From: a virus
Lineage: Duplodnaviria; Heunggongvirae; Uroviricota; Caudoviricetes
Virus record (IMG/VR): IMGVR_UViG_2563366820_000006
Location: 1-38,853 of that record
DNA length: 38,853 nucleotides
Strand: one strand, 5' to 3'
A program made the position numbers and the translations under genes. Position 1 is the first letter of the stretch. Every line of letters starts with the position of its first letter. Below, piece by piece: positions 29,016 to 37,119 of this stretch. The notes below the pieces were generated by a model. The model did no database searches. It was not told the origin of the DNA and saw only the letters and a program-made list of their open reading frames with translations.

Positions 29016-29405
29016 TCAGGCGGCTGCACCCGCCGTTTTCTCGTACTTACTGATAGTGATCTCGACCTTCCCTTCCGGGATAACCGGTCCCCACTCCACC
29101 AGCATTCTTTTCACCTGACTGTCGTCTTCCCACACACCCGCGTGGGTCAGGGCGTCAAACAGCGCCTTGTTATAGTTGTCCAGATCGCGGATCCGGTTAT
29201 CCGGTGGAAACAACACGATCTCCACTGCAGCAGGTGCCGACGTTGGTTTCGGCAGACGACGTAACTGCTCAACTATTGCTGCGCACGCCGCGCTCTGGAA
29301 TTTTCGCCCCGCCGTGCTTATCAGGCTCTTACCAGCAAACGCCCCTTTGTTGGGGTGTCGCCAGTACGTGTTCACGCTGGGCGGAAAAGGCAGAATAAGC
29401 TTCAT
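29016..29405 (-). CDS. rusA: Holliday junction resolvase RusA
   Basis: 129 aa; RusA family pattern (.. PPSVNTYWRH .. RDLDNYNKALFDALTHAGVWEDDSQV ..). Confidence 0.85.
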   Translation of the reverse strand: MKLILPFPPSVNTYWRHPNKGAFAGKSLISTAGRKFQSAACAAIVEQLRRLPKPTSAPAAVEIVLFPPDNRIRDLDNYNKALFDALTHAGVWEDDSQVKRMLVEWGPVIPEGKVEITISKYEKTAGAAA

Positions 29406-29761
29406 ACTTTCAGGCCCCTCTCATGTAACCAGTGGGCTGCACGCAGCCTGGCGTTTTCCTCACCGGCAAGCAGTGAGCGGATAATCCCGACCGCCTCGCT
29501 GTCGTCGTCCTTCACCGCGGTATGAAGCGTTATCCCCCGGGCCACGCCACGCTTTATCGTGATGACGCCTTTTTTCTCCAGAGCACGAAGATGCTCCACC
29601 GCTGCATTCACCGAACGGTATCCCAGCATGGTTGCCACCTCCTGATTGGTTGGTGGGAAGCCACGTTCTTTCTGATAAGAAATCAGCATATCCAGCACCT
29701 GCTGCTGGCATTGAGTTAACGTCGTCATTAAGCCCCCACGTAATTCCCTGACAGATACCAC
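29402..29761 (-). CDS. LexA-N-terminal-domain-like DNA-binding protein (no peptidase domain)
   Basis: Resembles the LexA winged-HTH (TLTQCQQQVLDMLISYQKERGFPPTNQEVATMLGYRSVNAAVEHLRALEKKGVI); real start probably the internal MTTLTQ. Confidence 0.55.
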   Translation of the reverse strand: MVSVRELRGGLMTTLTQCQQQVLDMLISYQKERGFPPTNQEVATMLGYRSVNAAVEHLRALEKKGVITIKRGVARGITLHTAVKDDDSEAVGIIRSLLAGEENARLRAAHWLHERGLKV

Positions 29762-30222
29762 TCTTCACCCGATGCAGCGCGCTTGCTGCTTTTCCGTAAG
29801 CACCGCTCACGACGCGCCAGAAAATTGTTTCGTTCTGGCTGGGAGTGGCTTTCACGGAATGCCGCCATCCACACGGTTGCAGCACGACGAAATAAGCCCC
29901 TGGACTCCAGTTGTTCCGCCTGGCGGGCCAGGCACAAAATCACCCGCGGGTCGTTAGTGCCAACATAGAAATTGCGCACAGGTCTGGTTTCACGAACTGG
30001 TTGTGGTTCCGGTTCCTGCGCTCTCTCAGTCAGGCGCGGGAAATGTCTGCGTGTATCTCCTTCACAACGGTGAGCCACACGCCCACTCTGACGTAACTTG
30101 CTTGCTGACTGCAGAACGCGCTGCCGTGAGTAACCAGCAAAAGCATCCGCAATGTCTCCGGAAGTACACCCCGGATGGGCTTCAATGAATTTCTGAACGT
30201 CATTTAACAGACTCATGATCAC
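29728..30222 (-). CDS. Hypothetical regulator with PerC-like motif
   Basis: 164 aa; central ARQAEQLESRGLFRRAATVWM resembles the PerC/Pch family signature; family assignment tentative. Confidence 0.4.
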   Translation of the reverse strand: MIMSLLNDVQKFIEAHPGCTSGDIADAFAGYSRQRVLQSASKLRQSGRVAHRCEGDTRRHFPRLTERAQEPEPQPVRETRPVRNFYVGTNDPRVILCLARQAEQLESRGLFRRAATVWMAAFRESHSQPERNNFLARRERCLRKSSKRAASGEEWYLSGNYVGA

Positions 30223-31130
30223 CCCCTGAATCCTGCCGGGATCTGGCTGTAGTCCACGTTGTCGTAACTGGCTTTGAAGTACGGGTCTTCACGTTTTTCT
30301 GTGTGCGTGCTGACGGACGGCGATAAGCGCAGGGAAAGCTCATCCCATTTTTCCCGCAACTTCGACGGGCTGAGCACGTTACGGCACCAGAACGGATCGC
30401 GGCTGACGCGGCTGTACATCTCGCAGATTTGTTTGTGAGTACGACCATCCTGCACACACATCAGGCGAATTTCGTTTGCCCAGGCTGTCCAGTTAGGTTC
30501 TTTGGGACGAACCACCTCGCCGTCACATTCGGCGGCCTGCTCGTACAGGGCGATGATTTTTTTCCAGAGCCACTGTGCGCAGGTCAAATCATCCTGCGTT
30601 CCCCACTGGCGCTTTTTAGGGCTGAATACAACCGCATCAGGATGGCGAGTTAAAAAATCCTGTTCAGCCGTCTGCGTGTCCGGTTGCGAAGCGTCCGGAC
30701 GAGAAGGTTTTTTATCTGACGGATCATGTTTTGATTTTACTGACGGATCCCCGCCAGATTCTGACGGGTGAAAACCCGCTTTTTTGCCAGATTTCGACGC
30801 ATCAAATTTTGACGGGTCAGAATCTGACAGTTGAGAAAATGCCGCTGCCTGAAGCTTCGCAACGTTAAGCTGATAAACATTCGACGCATTGCGGTTACCC
30901 TGGCGACGCGCCTTACGCGTTAACCAGCCTTCTGCTTCCAGCCGTGCGATAGCCGTTCTGACGGTACTCATCCCCGCGCCAATCTGACGGGCAATGGTTT
31001 CAATTGATGGCCAGCACACACCTTCGTCATTACTGAAATCAGCCAGGCGGGCCATAATTGCCACGCTGGATAACTTCATGCCTGATGCAGCGCAACCATC
31101 CCATACATAGCCGGTTAATTTAGTGCTCAT
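30219..31130 (-). CDS. Phage replication initiation protein (N-terminal winged HTH)
   Basis: 303 aa; N-terminal HTH-like region (SSVAIMARLADFSNDEGVCWPSIETIARQIGAGMSTVRTAIARLEAEGWL); low-complexity linker; positioned after the cro/cII-like genes. Confidence 0.6.
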   Translation of the reverse strand: MSTKLTGYVWDGCAASGMKLSSVAIMARLADFSNDEGVCWPSIETIARQIGAGMSTVRTAIARLEAEGWLTRKARRQGNRNASNVYQLNVAKLQAAAFSQLSDSDPSKFDASKSGKKAGFHPSESGGDPSVKSKHDPSDKKPSRPDASQPDTQTAEQDFLTRHPDAVVFSPKKRQWGTQDDLTCAQWLWKKIIALYEQAAECDGEVVRPKEPNWTAWANEIRLMCVQDGRTHKQICEMYSRVSRDPFWCRNVLSPSKLREKWDELSLRLSPSVSTHTEKREDPYFKASYDNVDYSQIPAGFRG

Positions 31131-31478
31131 GACCGACCTCTATTTCCCTGAATTTACGACGAAACTGTTCGAGCGGACTGAAGCATTCATGCTCATAACC
31201 TTCGCGGAGGTAAATAACCCGTTGTGTTTCCGGCTCCCAACGAATGACTCTGACGGGCACTCCGTAGTGATCTTTGAACCAGCGGTTAACTTGTCGCAAA
31301 GGACTGTCTCCTTCTGCCGGTTGAAATCACCCACAGCCCACTCTGCAAAGCTGTGGGTTACAATTTCCCTGTCACCTGGTACATTCACTGCATAGCAATA
31401 TTCCACCTTCGCTTTTCCACCCGGTACAGGAAGCGCAATCAGTTGCGAGCGACGGTAGTGTGTTGTTAAACTGTTCAT
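31120..31478 (-). pseudogene. Hypothetical gene with apparent internal frameshift
   Basis: N-terminal 112-aa frame ([18 protein letters not shown]..) is followed by a second protein-like frame (..[66 protein letters not shown]) with no start codon of its own, ending in overlap with the replication gene ATG. Confidence 0.45.
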
Positions 31479-32044
31479 GCGTTAGTTTCTCCACAACCAG
31501 AAGCAATCGACGCCACGACGCCCGGAGCTGCACACTCGCGGGCGTCATTACTTTCTGAAATGCAAAAAATTTTGTAGACAAGTGCTGCATGCTCCTGCAG
31601 CTTCGAAATTGAGAGATACAGCTCGTCGTTAATTGCTGTCTTCTCATGCGGTTCCACTACACCGTCTTCGATTGCTGAACGAATCTGTTTTGAATAACTG
31701 CCGATCTGTTCAATGACTTCCAGCAGACGCTGGTTAATATCGGCGTTGTCCACATCCTCGACGTCAGGAAGAGACACAAAGACGCCATTTGCAGACTGCG
31801 CCACAGCATCAGCAATGAAGTGAGTGCCACCAGCACGCTGTAAAACCATTGCCCATCCCAGCGGGAAAATCTGATCGCCATCTGCACGAAGGCGGTTGAA
31901 TAAAGCGTTTTCTGTTACATCGAGCCAGTCAGCCGCTTCAGCGTAACCACCCGGCAACGCCGCGATAGTTTTTCTGACAGCTTTCACGTACCACTCAGGC
32001 TGTTTTTCTATTTTCCAGTGATGCTTACCCACGATTAGCCTCAT
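31475..32044 (-). CDS. YdaT-like / CII-like phage regulatory protein (putative)
   Basis: 189 aa directly downstream of the cro-like gene, the same arrangement as ydaS-ydaT-type pairs; assignment by position and weak similarity. Confidence 0.4.
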   Translation of the reverse strand: MRLIVGKHHWKIEKQPEWYVKAVRKTIAALPGGYAEAADWLDVTENALFNRLRADGDQIFPLGWAMVLQRAGGTHFIADAVAQSANGVFVSLPDVEDVDNADINQRLLEVIEQIGSYSKQIRSAIEDGVVEPHEKTAINDELYLSISKLQEHAALVYKIFCISESNDARECAAPGVVASIASGCGETNA

Positions 32045-32075
32045 CGTTCTGTGGTTAAAAATTGAAAGTGTTCTG

Positions 32076-32276
32076 CTAATCTTTCGGATAGATATCCGGT
32101 CTTAAGTCAGATTTCGTAATTGCACCTGACGTGCATTGCTCAAGTTTTTTAGCCAGCACAAAACTGGCTTTTTTATAGCCATTGAAAACCAGCCGTAAGT
32201 AGCCAGGTGTTGAGCCAACTTTTCCGGCCAACTCGCCCTGCTGTTCTTTGGTTAAAGAGTCCCAATACGCTTTCAT
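32076..32276 (-). CDS. Cro-like HTH regulator (YdaS/Cro family)
   Basis: 66 aa from the ATG at 32276 with GGAGGT Shine-Dalgarno; HTH segment and C-terminal ..SDLRPDIYPKD typical of the family; divergent from the repressor gene. Confidence 0.7.
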   Translation of the reverse strand: MKAYWDSLTKEQQGELAGKVGSTPGYLRLVFNGYKKASFVLAKKLEQCTSGAITKSDLRPDIYPKD

Positions 32277-32366
32277 ACAATATGTACCTCCGGTGTACAT
32301 ATTACATGATTGAAATGAACCTTCAAGATACTTGTACCTTAACGGTACAAGGGTTTTAATTTCGTT
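32277..32366. promoter_or_regulatory. Immunity-region operator/promoter segment (OR-like) between divergent cro-like and cI-like genes
   Basis: Inverted repeats built from TGTACC / GGTACA half-sites: TGTACCTCCGGTGTACA and TTGTACCTTAACGGTACAA. Confidence 0.55.
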
Positions 32367-33041
32367 ATGAAAACAATCCATGACATCCGGCGGTCTAACG
32401 CCAGAAAACTGAGAGATGGTGTTGGCGGGAATTCTTCCTTTGCCACTATGATTGATCGCGAGCCAACCCAGACCAGCAGGTTTATGGGAGATGGTGCTAC
32501 TAAAAATATCGGTGACAGCATGGCACGACACATCGAAAAATGTTTCGACCTGCCTGTCGGATGGCTCGATCAAGAACACCAGACAACGAACATCACAAAA
32601 AAACCTGATGTTTCAATCACTAATAAACAAATCACATTAGTCCCTGTCATATCATGGGTACAGGCCGGAGCATGGAAAGAAGTTGGATATTCTGAGGTTG
32701 ATTTGAGCACAGCAGAAACGTATCCCTGCCCTGTACCCTGTGGGGAAATGACTTATATCTTGCGGGTGATAGGTGATTCAATGATTGATGAGTACCGCCC
32801 GGGAGACATGATTTTTGTCGATCCTGAAGTACCTGCCTGCCACGGTGACGACGTTATTGCATTGATGCACGATACAGGTGAAACTACCTTCAAAAGGTTG
32901 ATAGAAGATGGGACACAGCGTTATCTCAAAGCGTTAAACCCAAACTGGCCTGAGCCTTACATTAAGATCAACGGTAATTGCTCTATAATTGGTACAGTGA
33001 TTTTCTCAGGAAAACCAAGAAGATACAAAATCAAAGCCTAA
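32367..33041 (+). CDS. CI-like prophage repressor with S24 (LexA-type) peptidase domain
   Basis: 224 aa; N-terminal HTH-like region; C-terminal S24 features (VIGDSM .. GDMIFVDP .. KRL); no Shine-Dalgarno before the ATG at 32367, possibly leaderless like lambda cI from pRM. Confidence 0.85.
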   Translation: MKTIHDIRRSNARKLRDGVGGNSSFATMIDREPTQTSRFMGDGATKNIGDSMARHIEKCFDLPVGWLDQEHQTTNITKKPDVSITNKQITLVPVISWVQAGAWKEVGYSEVDLSTAETYPCPVPCGEMTYILRVIGDSMIDEYRPGDMIFVDPEVPACHGDDVIALMHDTGETTFKRLIEDGTQRYLKALNPNWPEPYIKINGNCSIIGTVIFSGKPRRYKIKA

Positions 33042-33051
33042 TCAATGTTTA

Positions 33052-33078
33052 TGAACCTGCTTCGGCAGGTTTTTTTAT
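33052..33078 (+). terminator. Rho-independent terminator after the repressor gene
   Basis: AACCTGC-ttcg-GCAGGTT hairpin followed by TTTTTTT. Confidence 0.65.
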
Positions 33079-33080
33079 AC

Positions 33081-33108
33081 TTGACAATGTACCTTTGAGA
33101 TACATAAT
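33081..33108 (+). promoter_or_regulatory. pL-like sigma70 promoter with overlapping operator half-sites
   Basis: TTGACA (33081..33086), 16-nt spacer, CATAAT (33103..33108); TGTACC motifs inside and just after the promoter; faces the xis/int-proximal operon. Confidence 0.55.
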
Positions 33109-33217
33109 GTACCCAAGCGAAACAACGAACAGGCAGGACGCCCACGAAGTAGCCGCCTGGGGCATATGAAGTCCAGGATGATTCGTTAGCAACAAAAAAG
33201 CGCCCTATAGGACGCTT

Positions 33218-33231
33218 CGCTCTTTAACAAT
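33218..33231 (+). promoter_or_regulatory. boxA-like antitermination element (rrn/nut type)
   Basis: CGCTCTTTAACAAT about 110 nt downstream of the pL-like promoter; core GCTCTTTAACAA matches the E. coli rrn boxA core. Confidence 0.5.
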
Positions 33232-33448
33232 CTGGAGATCCCCAACACTTAACGGGATTTTGGCTTCGGTTCTGGCGGTGAAGGACGAGGTTTTAAGGGT
33301 ATATGATCCTCTTTCCATGTATATATAAATGCATTCATTTGGTCATCTCAATATAGAATCCATTATTAATTCATACTCATAAAGCCTGTGTGACTTTGGT
33401 GATGGTGGTCTGGGCTTTGGAGGTACATGGTTAGGGATTATGGGAATT

Positions 33449-33928
33449 CTATTTGTCATTATTACACCTTTTTGACCGAGGCAAATCTCCAGCAAACCAT
33501 GCGATAACGCTATGCATGAATGATATTTCTGACTCATCAACACGTCCCAGCGCAATACAGGTCCGTTTGAACGCAGCATCTTGTAAAGATCTCCATGGAT
33601 TACTATCAGCGTCTTGAACCTTTAAAAACCGAGTGCGTAGTTCGTCATCAGAAAGGGAGGAAAACTCAACAATCAACCTTTTATACTGTCGCATCTGTTC
33701 CTTTGATAAGCCAGCTTCCTGCCCAAATTGGTATACCAATTGAAGCACCGACAAAATAGCTACAGATGCGCCAAAAATAAACATATTGCTATATGGCGCA
33801 AAAACAGAAAAGCCCAAGACAATGAGAACAAGAGTTATGCTCTTGTCTATCCGATTTAAAAGGGTGTAATTCATTTTCTCAAGAAAGAAAGAATAATGAA
33901 TATCGAATGCTAGATCGTCTCGAGTCAT
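33449..33928 (-). CDS. SieB-like superinfection exclusion membrane protein (putative)
   Basis: 159 aa; two adjacent transmembrane helices then a soluble C-terminal domain; AT-rich; located in the early-left region next to pL as sieB is in lambdoid phages. Confidence 0.4.
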   Translation of the reverse strand: MTRDDLAFDIHYSFFLEKMNYTLLNRIDKSITLVLIVLGFSVFAPYSNMFIFGASVAILSVLQLVYQFGQEAGLSKEQMRQYKRLIVEFSSLSDDELRTRFLKVQDADSNPWRSLQDAAFKRTCIALGRVDESEISFMHSVIAWFAGDLPRSKRCNNDK

Positions 33929-34308
33929 CTCTATTCCCTTACATTTCAGGTTTCGGCTCAGGGATCGGTGCTGGTCTCTGATTTACCGGAACATGAAATT
34001 TTTCATTGCTATCTACGTACATATTTCCTTCCTACCTGTTGTTGGGATATCCAGATTATACCGAATCCTTGTTGTTGGGGAATAACCAGGTCCACCTCGC
34101 CTGATGTGGCTAAAAGCAGGCACATAACAGCTAAGTATTTTCAACCAGAGAGAATCCTTAGCGTTGTGGTGAATGCGGCTCAGCGCACGCGGGTTAAGGT
34201 TGAGGCTGACAGTCGACCTTCTGTGGATACCCACCCGTCTGGTGTACAACCTTCGCCAGGCACCGGGAGGCACCCGGCACCACAACTTTATGCTGTGTGT
34301 TGTCTTGG

Positions 34309-34355
34309 CGGTACCAGCTTGTACCCTTGCTTCCGGCTGGTACCGTCCTTTTTAC
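34309..34355 (+). terminator. tL-like intrinsic terminator in the early-left transcript
   Basis: 10-bp stem CGGTACCAGC / GCTGGTACCG with 17-nt loop (containing TTGTACCC), followed by TCCTTTTTAC. Confidence 0.4.
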
Positions 34356-34566
34356 AAAACAGAGAAGAGCATCATCGGACGACGGGCTCATAACCCAATC
34401 CATCCGGGCGGCTGCCACCACAGGTGTTCTTCTCTGTTTTGTGGAGAAACTAACCCCCCCTACGGGGGCATTTATGGAAATGTAATTGACTCAATAATCG
34501 CCGGACGGTGAGGGCTTCCTTTTACCCGAATTCAGCGCGGTGCAGCGCATATACGTGGAGAACAAA

Positions 34567-35103
34567 ATGTCATTTATTAAAACTTTTTCCGGGAAGCATT
34601 TTTATTATGACAGGATAAATAAAGACGACATCGTTATTAACGATATCGCGGTTTCCCTTTCAAATATCTGTCGCTTTGCAGGACATCTTTCACACTTCTA
34701 CAGCGTCGCCCAACATGCGGTGCTTTGCAGCCAGCTGGTACCGCAGGAATTTGCTTTTGAAGCGTTAATGCATGATGCAACAGAAGCGTATTGCCAGGAC
34801 ATCCCGGCTCCACTGAAACGCCTTCTTCCTGACTATAAACGGATGGAAGAAAAAATAGACGCCGTAATCCGTGAGAAATACGGGTTACCCCCGGTTATGA
34901 GCACGCCTGTGAAATATGCCGATCTCATCATGCTGGCAACCGAACGCCGCGATCTCGGGCTTGATGATGGCTCTTTCTGGCCTGTACTGGAAGGCATCCC
35001 GGCAACAGAGATGTTCAACGTGATTCCACTGGCACCGGGCCAGGCCTACGGGATGTTTATGGAACGTTTTAACGAGTTATCGGAGTTACGCAAATGCGCA
35101 TGA
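34567..35103 (+). CDS. HD-domain phosphohydrolase (YfbR-like 5'-deoxynucleotidase family)
   Basis: Start chosen at the ATG with GGAG Shine-Dalgarno; H .. HD signature (VAQHAVL .. LMHDATEAY) and DIPAPLKRLL region parallel YfbR. Confidence 0.7.
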   Translation: MSFIKTFSGKHFYYDRINKDDIVINDIAVSLSNICRFAGHLSHFYSVAQHAVLCSQLVPQEFAFEALMHDATEAYCQDIPAPLKRLLPDYKRMEEKIDAVIREKYGLPPVMSTPVKYADLIMLATERRDLGLDDGSFWPVLEGIPATEMFNVIPLAPGQAYGMFMERFNELSELRKCA

Positions 35104-35456
35104 ATGTTTTCGAAATGGAAGGGTTTCTTCGCGGGAAATGTGTACCGCGAGATCTGAAAGTGAACGAAACAAATGCTGAGTACCTAGTTCGTAAATTCAA
35201 CGCGCTTGAAGCTAAATGTGCGGCACTGGAAAACAAAATAATACCAGTGTCAGCTGAACTGCCACCAGCAAATGAAAGTGTTCTGTTATTTGATGCTAGT
35301 GGAGAAGGCTGGCTGATTGGCTGGCGTTCTCTCTGGTACACATGGGGGCAAAAAGAAACCGGAGAATGGCAGTGGACATTTCAGGTCGGGGACCTTGAAA
35401 AGGTCAATATTACCCACTGGGCAGTAATGCCGAAAGCACCGGAGAATAAAAAATGA
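35094..35456 (+). CDS. DUF551-like phage protein
   Basis: 120 aa; Trp-rich C-terminal region (GWLIGWRSLWYTWGQ .. THWAVMP); GGAG Shine-Dalgarno. Confidence 0.5.
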   Translation: MRMNVFEMEGFLRGKCVPRDLKVNETNAEYLVRKFNALEAKCAALENKIIPVSAELPPANESVLLFDASGEGWLIGWRSLWYTWGQKETGEWQWTFQVGDLEKVNITHWAVMPKAPENKK

Positions 35457-35668
35457 GCGTGATAAAAACTCATACAGGAATTGTTATCACCCGAGACGGT
35501 GAAAAGCGGATGAAATTACATTCCACTGAAACCTCCTGGGTTGTCGGACGTTGTGAATCCTACGACAAAAAGACTGGTTACCGTTGGGGCGCGCCAAACA
35601 TGCGCCGCCGTCTGCTCCTGGACAGCATCAGGCCAATAAAACAAGTAGCAACCAGAGAACAAAATTAA
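35453..35668 (+). CDS. Hypothetical small protein
   Basis: 71-aa ORF with GGAG Shine-Dalgarno, within the xis/int-proximal operon. Confidence 0.45.
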   Translation: MSVIKTHTGIVITRDGEKRMKLHSTETSWVVGRCESYDKKTGYRWGAPNMRRRLLLDSIRPIKQVATREQN

Positions 35669-35727
35669 TTATCAGGACTGGAATTTAATATTACTGCCCA
35701 TGTGCAGCGGGCTAAGTGGAGAAACAT

Positions 35728-35934
35728 ATGCTGAACCTCGATTGTGTTCCTATCTCAACTTATTGCAAAGAAACTGGCGAAACTCCTGAAGCAATAAACA
35801 AACGTGTACAGCGCGGTGTTTGGCGTGAAGGTGTTCAGGTTTTAAAGGTTGAAGGCGTTAAGGAGAGGTGGATTGATCTTAGTGAGGTTGCAAAATGGGC
35901 CAGACAAAACTGCTCAAACTACCGCGCGGCGTAA
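35728..35934 (+). CDS. Excisionase-like DNA-binding protein (Xis)
   Basis: 68 aa from the ATG with GGAG Shine-Dalgarno; basic winged-helix-like sequence with conserved Trp residues; immediately upstream of and overlapping int. Confidence 0.6.
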   Translation: MLNLDCVPISTYCKETGETPEAINKRVQRGVWREGVQVLKVEGVKERWIDLSEVAKWARQNCSNYRAA

Positions 35935-37061
35935 CAATCAGGAAACACCGCCAGGGCGAAACGATCAATATAACTTTCACCTACAAAGGCGTTAAATGTC
36001 GTGAGCCTCTTTCCAATCTGGAAGTAACACCAAAGAACATTAAATACGCCGAGCGCACACTCGGCGAAATTCATAATAAGATCGAAAGGGGAACATTCAT
36101 TTATGCGGAATATTTTCCCCGTTCTGCTCGTTTGAAAATTTTTGGTAATGCTGCTGCAGGCAAAACGGTAAAAATGTACCTGGACGAATACCTTGAAATC
36201 TGCGAAACGAGAAAACTTTCACCATCTACGATTGGTGGTTATAAAAAATGCCGTAGTGCGTTAGCCTCACTCCACATTTGCCCTGCAAGTGAATTAACAC
36301 CAGCAATCCTGAAAGCGTGGATTCAAAGCCAGAAAACGACCTTAAAAACAATTCGCAACCAGTTATCTTTCCTGCGGTCAGCACTTGATGAAGCCGTAAC
36401 CGATGGGGTACTTCAAATTAACCCCGTATCGTTGGTAACTGCTTCGCGCTACCAAAGTGATAAGTCAGAAGCAGAAAGCAGCTATGTGGTTGATCCGCTA
36501 TCACCAGCAGAAGTTGATGCATTACTAGCAGCAGCCGGAAACAAACAATGGGAAAATCTGTTCCGGTTCGCCATACATACAGGCCTGCGTAGTTCTGAAT
36601 TATGTGCCCTACGATGGCATGATATCGACTTTGTTGGAAAAACAGCCCATGTTCAGAGCGCAAGTGTTGTCGGAGTTATCAAAGGAACAAAGACAAAAGC
36701 CGGTACCCGTAAAGTTGAACTGACTGAAGAAGCAATGTTGGCGTTGATAAACCAGAAGCCATTTACATTCATGAAGGATGCTACTGTCTTTGAAGATCCA
36801 AAGACCAATAAACCCTGGGCAAGTGCTGATGCAATTAGGAAAAAAGCATGGGTGCCAACATTGCGAAAAGCAGGTATTCGTTACAGAAACCCATATCAAA
36901 CCAGGCATACATTCGCCACCAGACATATCAGCCGGGGAGCAAACCTGTTTTGGCTTGCAGCTCAAATGGGGCATAAAGGGCCTGAGATGCTTTTCAGGCA
37001 CTATGGCTCATATCTGAAGGAATATGATGGACAAACAAGCTTGAAGAAGATAACAATATAA
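35895..37061 (+). CDS. Tyrosine integrase (phage integrase family)
   Basis: 388 aa; N-terminal arm-binding-type domain; C-terminal catalytic region with conserved R .. H-x-x-R .. Y pattern (..TRHTFATRH .. LFRHYGSY). Confidence 0.92.
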   Translation: MGQTKLLKLPRGVTIRKHRQGETINITFTYKGVKCREPLSNLEVTPKNIKYAERTLGEIHNKIERGTFIYAEYFPRSARLKIFGNAAAGKTVKMYLDEYLEICETRKLSPSTIGGYKKCRSALASLHICPASELTPAILKAWIQSQKTTLKTIRNQLSFLRSALDEAVTDGVLQINPVSLVTASRYQSDKSEAESSYVVDPLSPAEVDALLAAAGNKQWENLFRFAIHTGLRSSELCALRWHDIDFVGKTAHVQSASVVGVIKGTKTKAGTRKVELTEEAMLALINQKPFTFMKDATVFEDPKTNKPWASADAIRKKAWVPTLRKAGIRYRNPYQTRHTFATRHISRGANLFWLAAQMGHKGPEMLFRHYGSYLKEYDGQTSLKKITI

Positions 37062-37079
37062 TCCAAGCATGAAACTATT

Positions 37080-37103
37080 GGCCACAATTTGTGGCCATTT
37101 TAC
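37080..37103 (+). terminator. Hairpin / terminator-like element after int
   Basis: Perfect palindrome GGCCACAA-t-TTGTGGCC followed by ATTTTAC. Confidence 0.45.
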
Positions 37104-37119
37104 GGAGCAAGATAGAAAC

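Noticed and set aside
32978-33169. 63-aa plus-strand ORF overlapping the repressor 3' end, terminator and pL-like promoter
   Set aside because: Spans a terminator and promoter; no ribosome-binding site; regulatory DNA is the better explanation.
33343-33579. 78-aa minus-strand ORF overlapping the SieB-like gene
   Set aside because: Out-of-frame overlap with the better-supported membrane-protein ORF; Pro-rich low-complexity translation.
33968-34511. Five mutually overlapping ORFs (both strands) in the GC-rich early-left segment
   Set aside because: Overlap in multiple frames, Cys/Trp/Pro-rich implausible translations, no ribosome-binding sites; treated as non-coding and reported as a finding instead.
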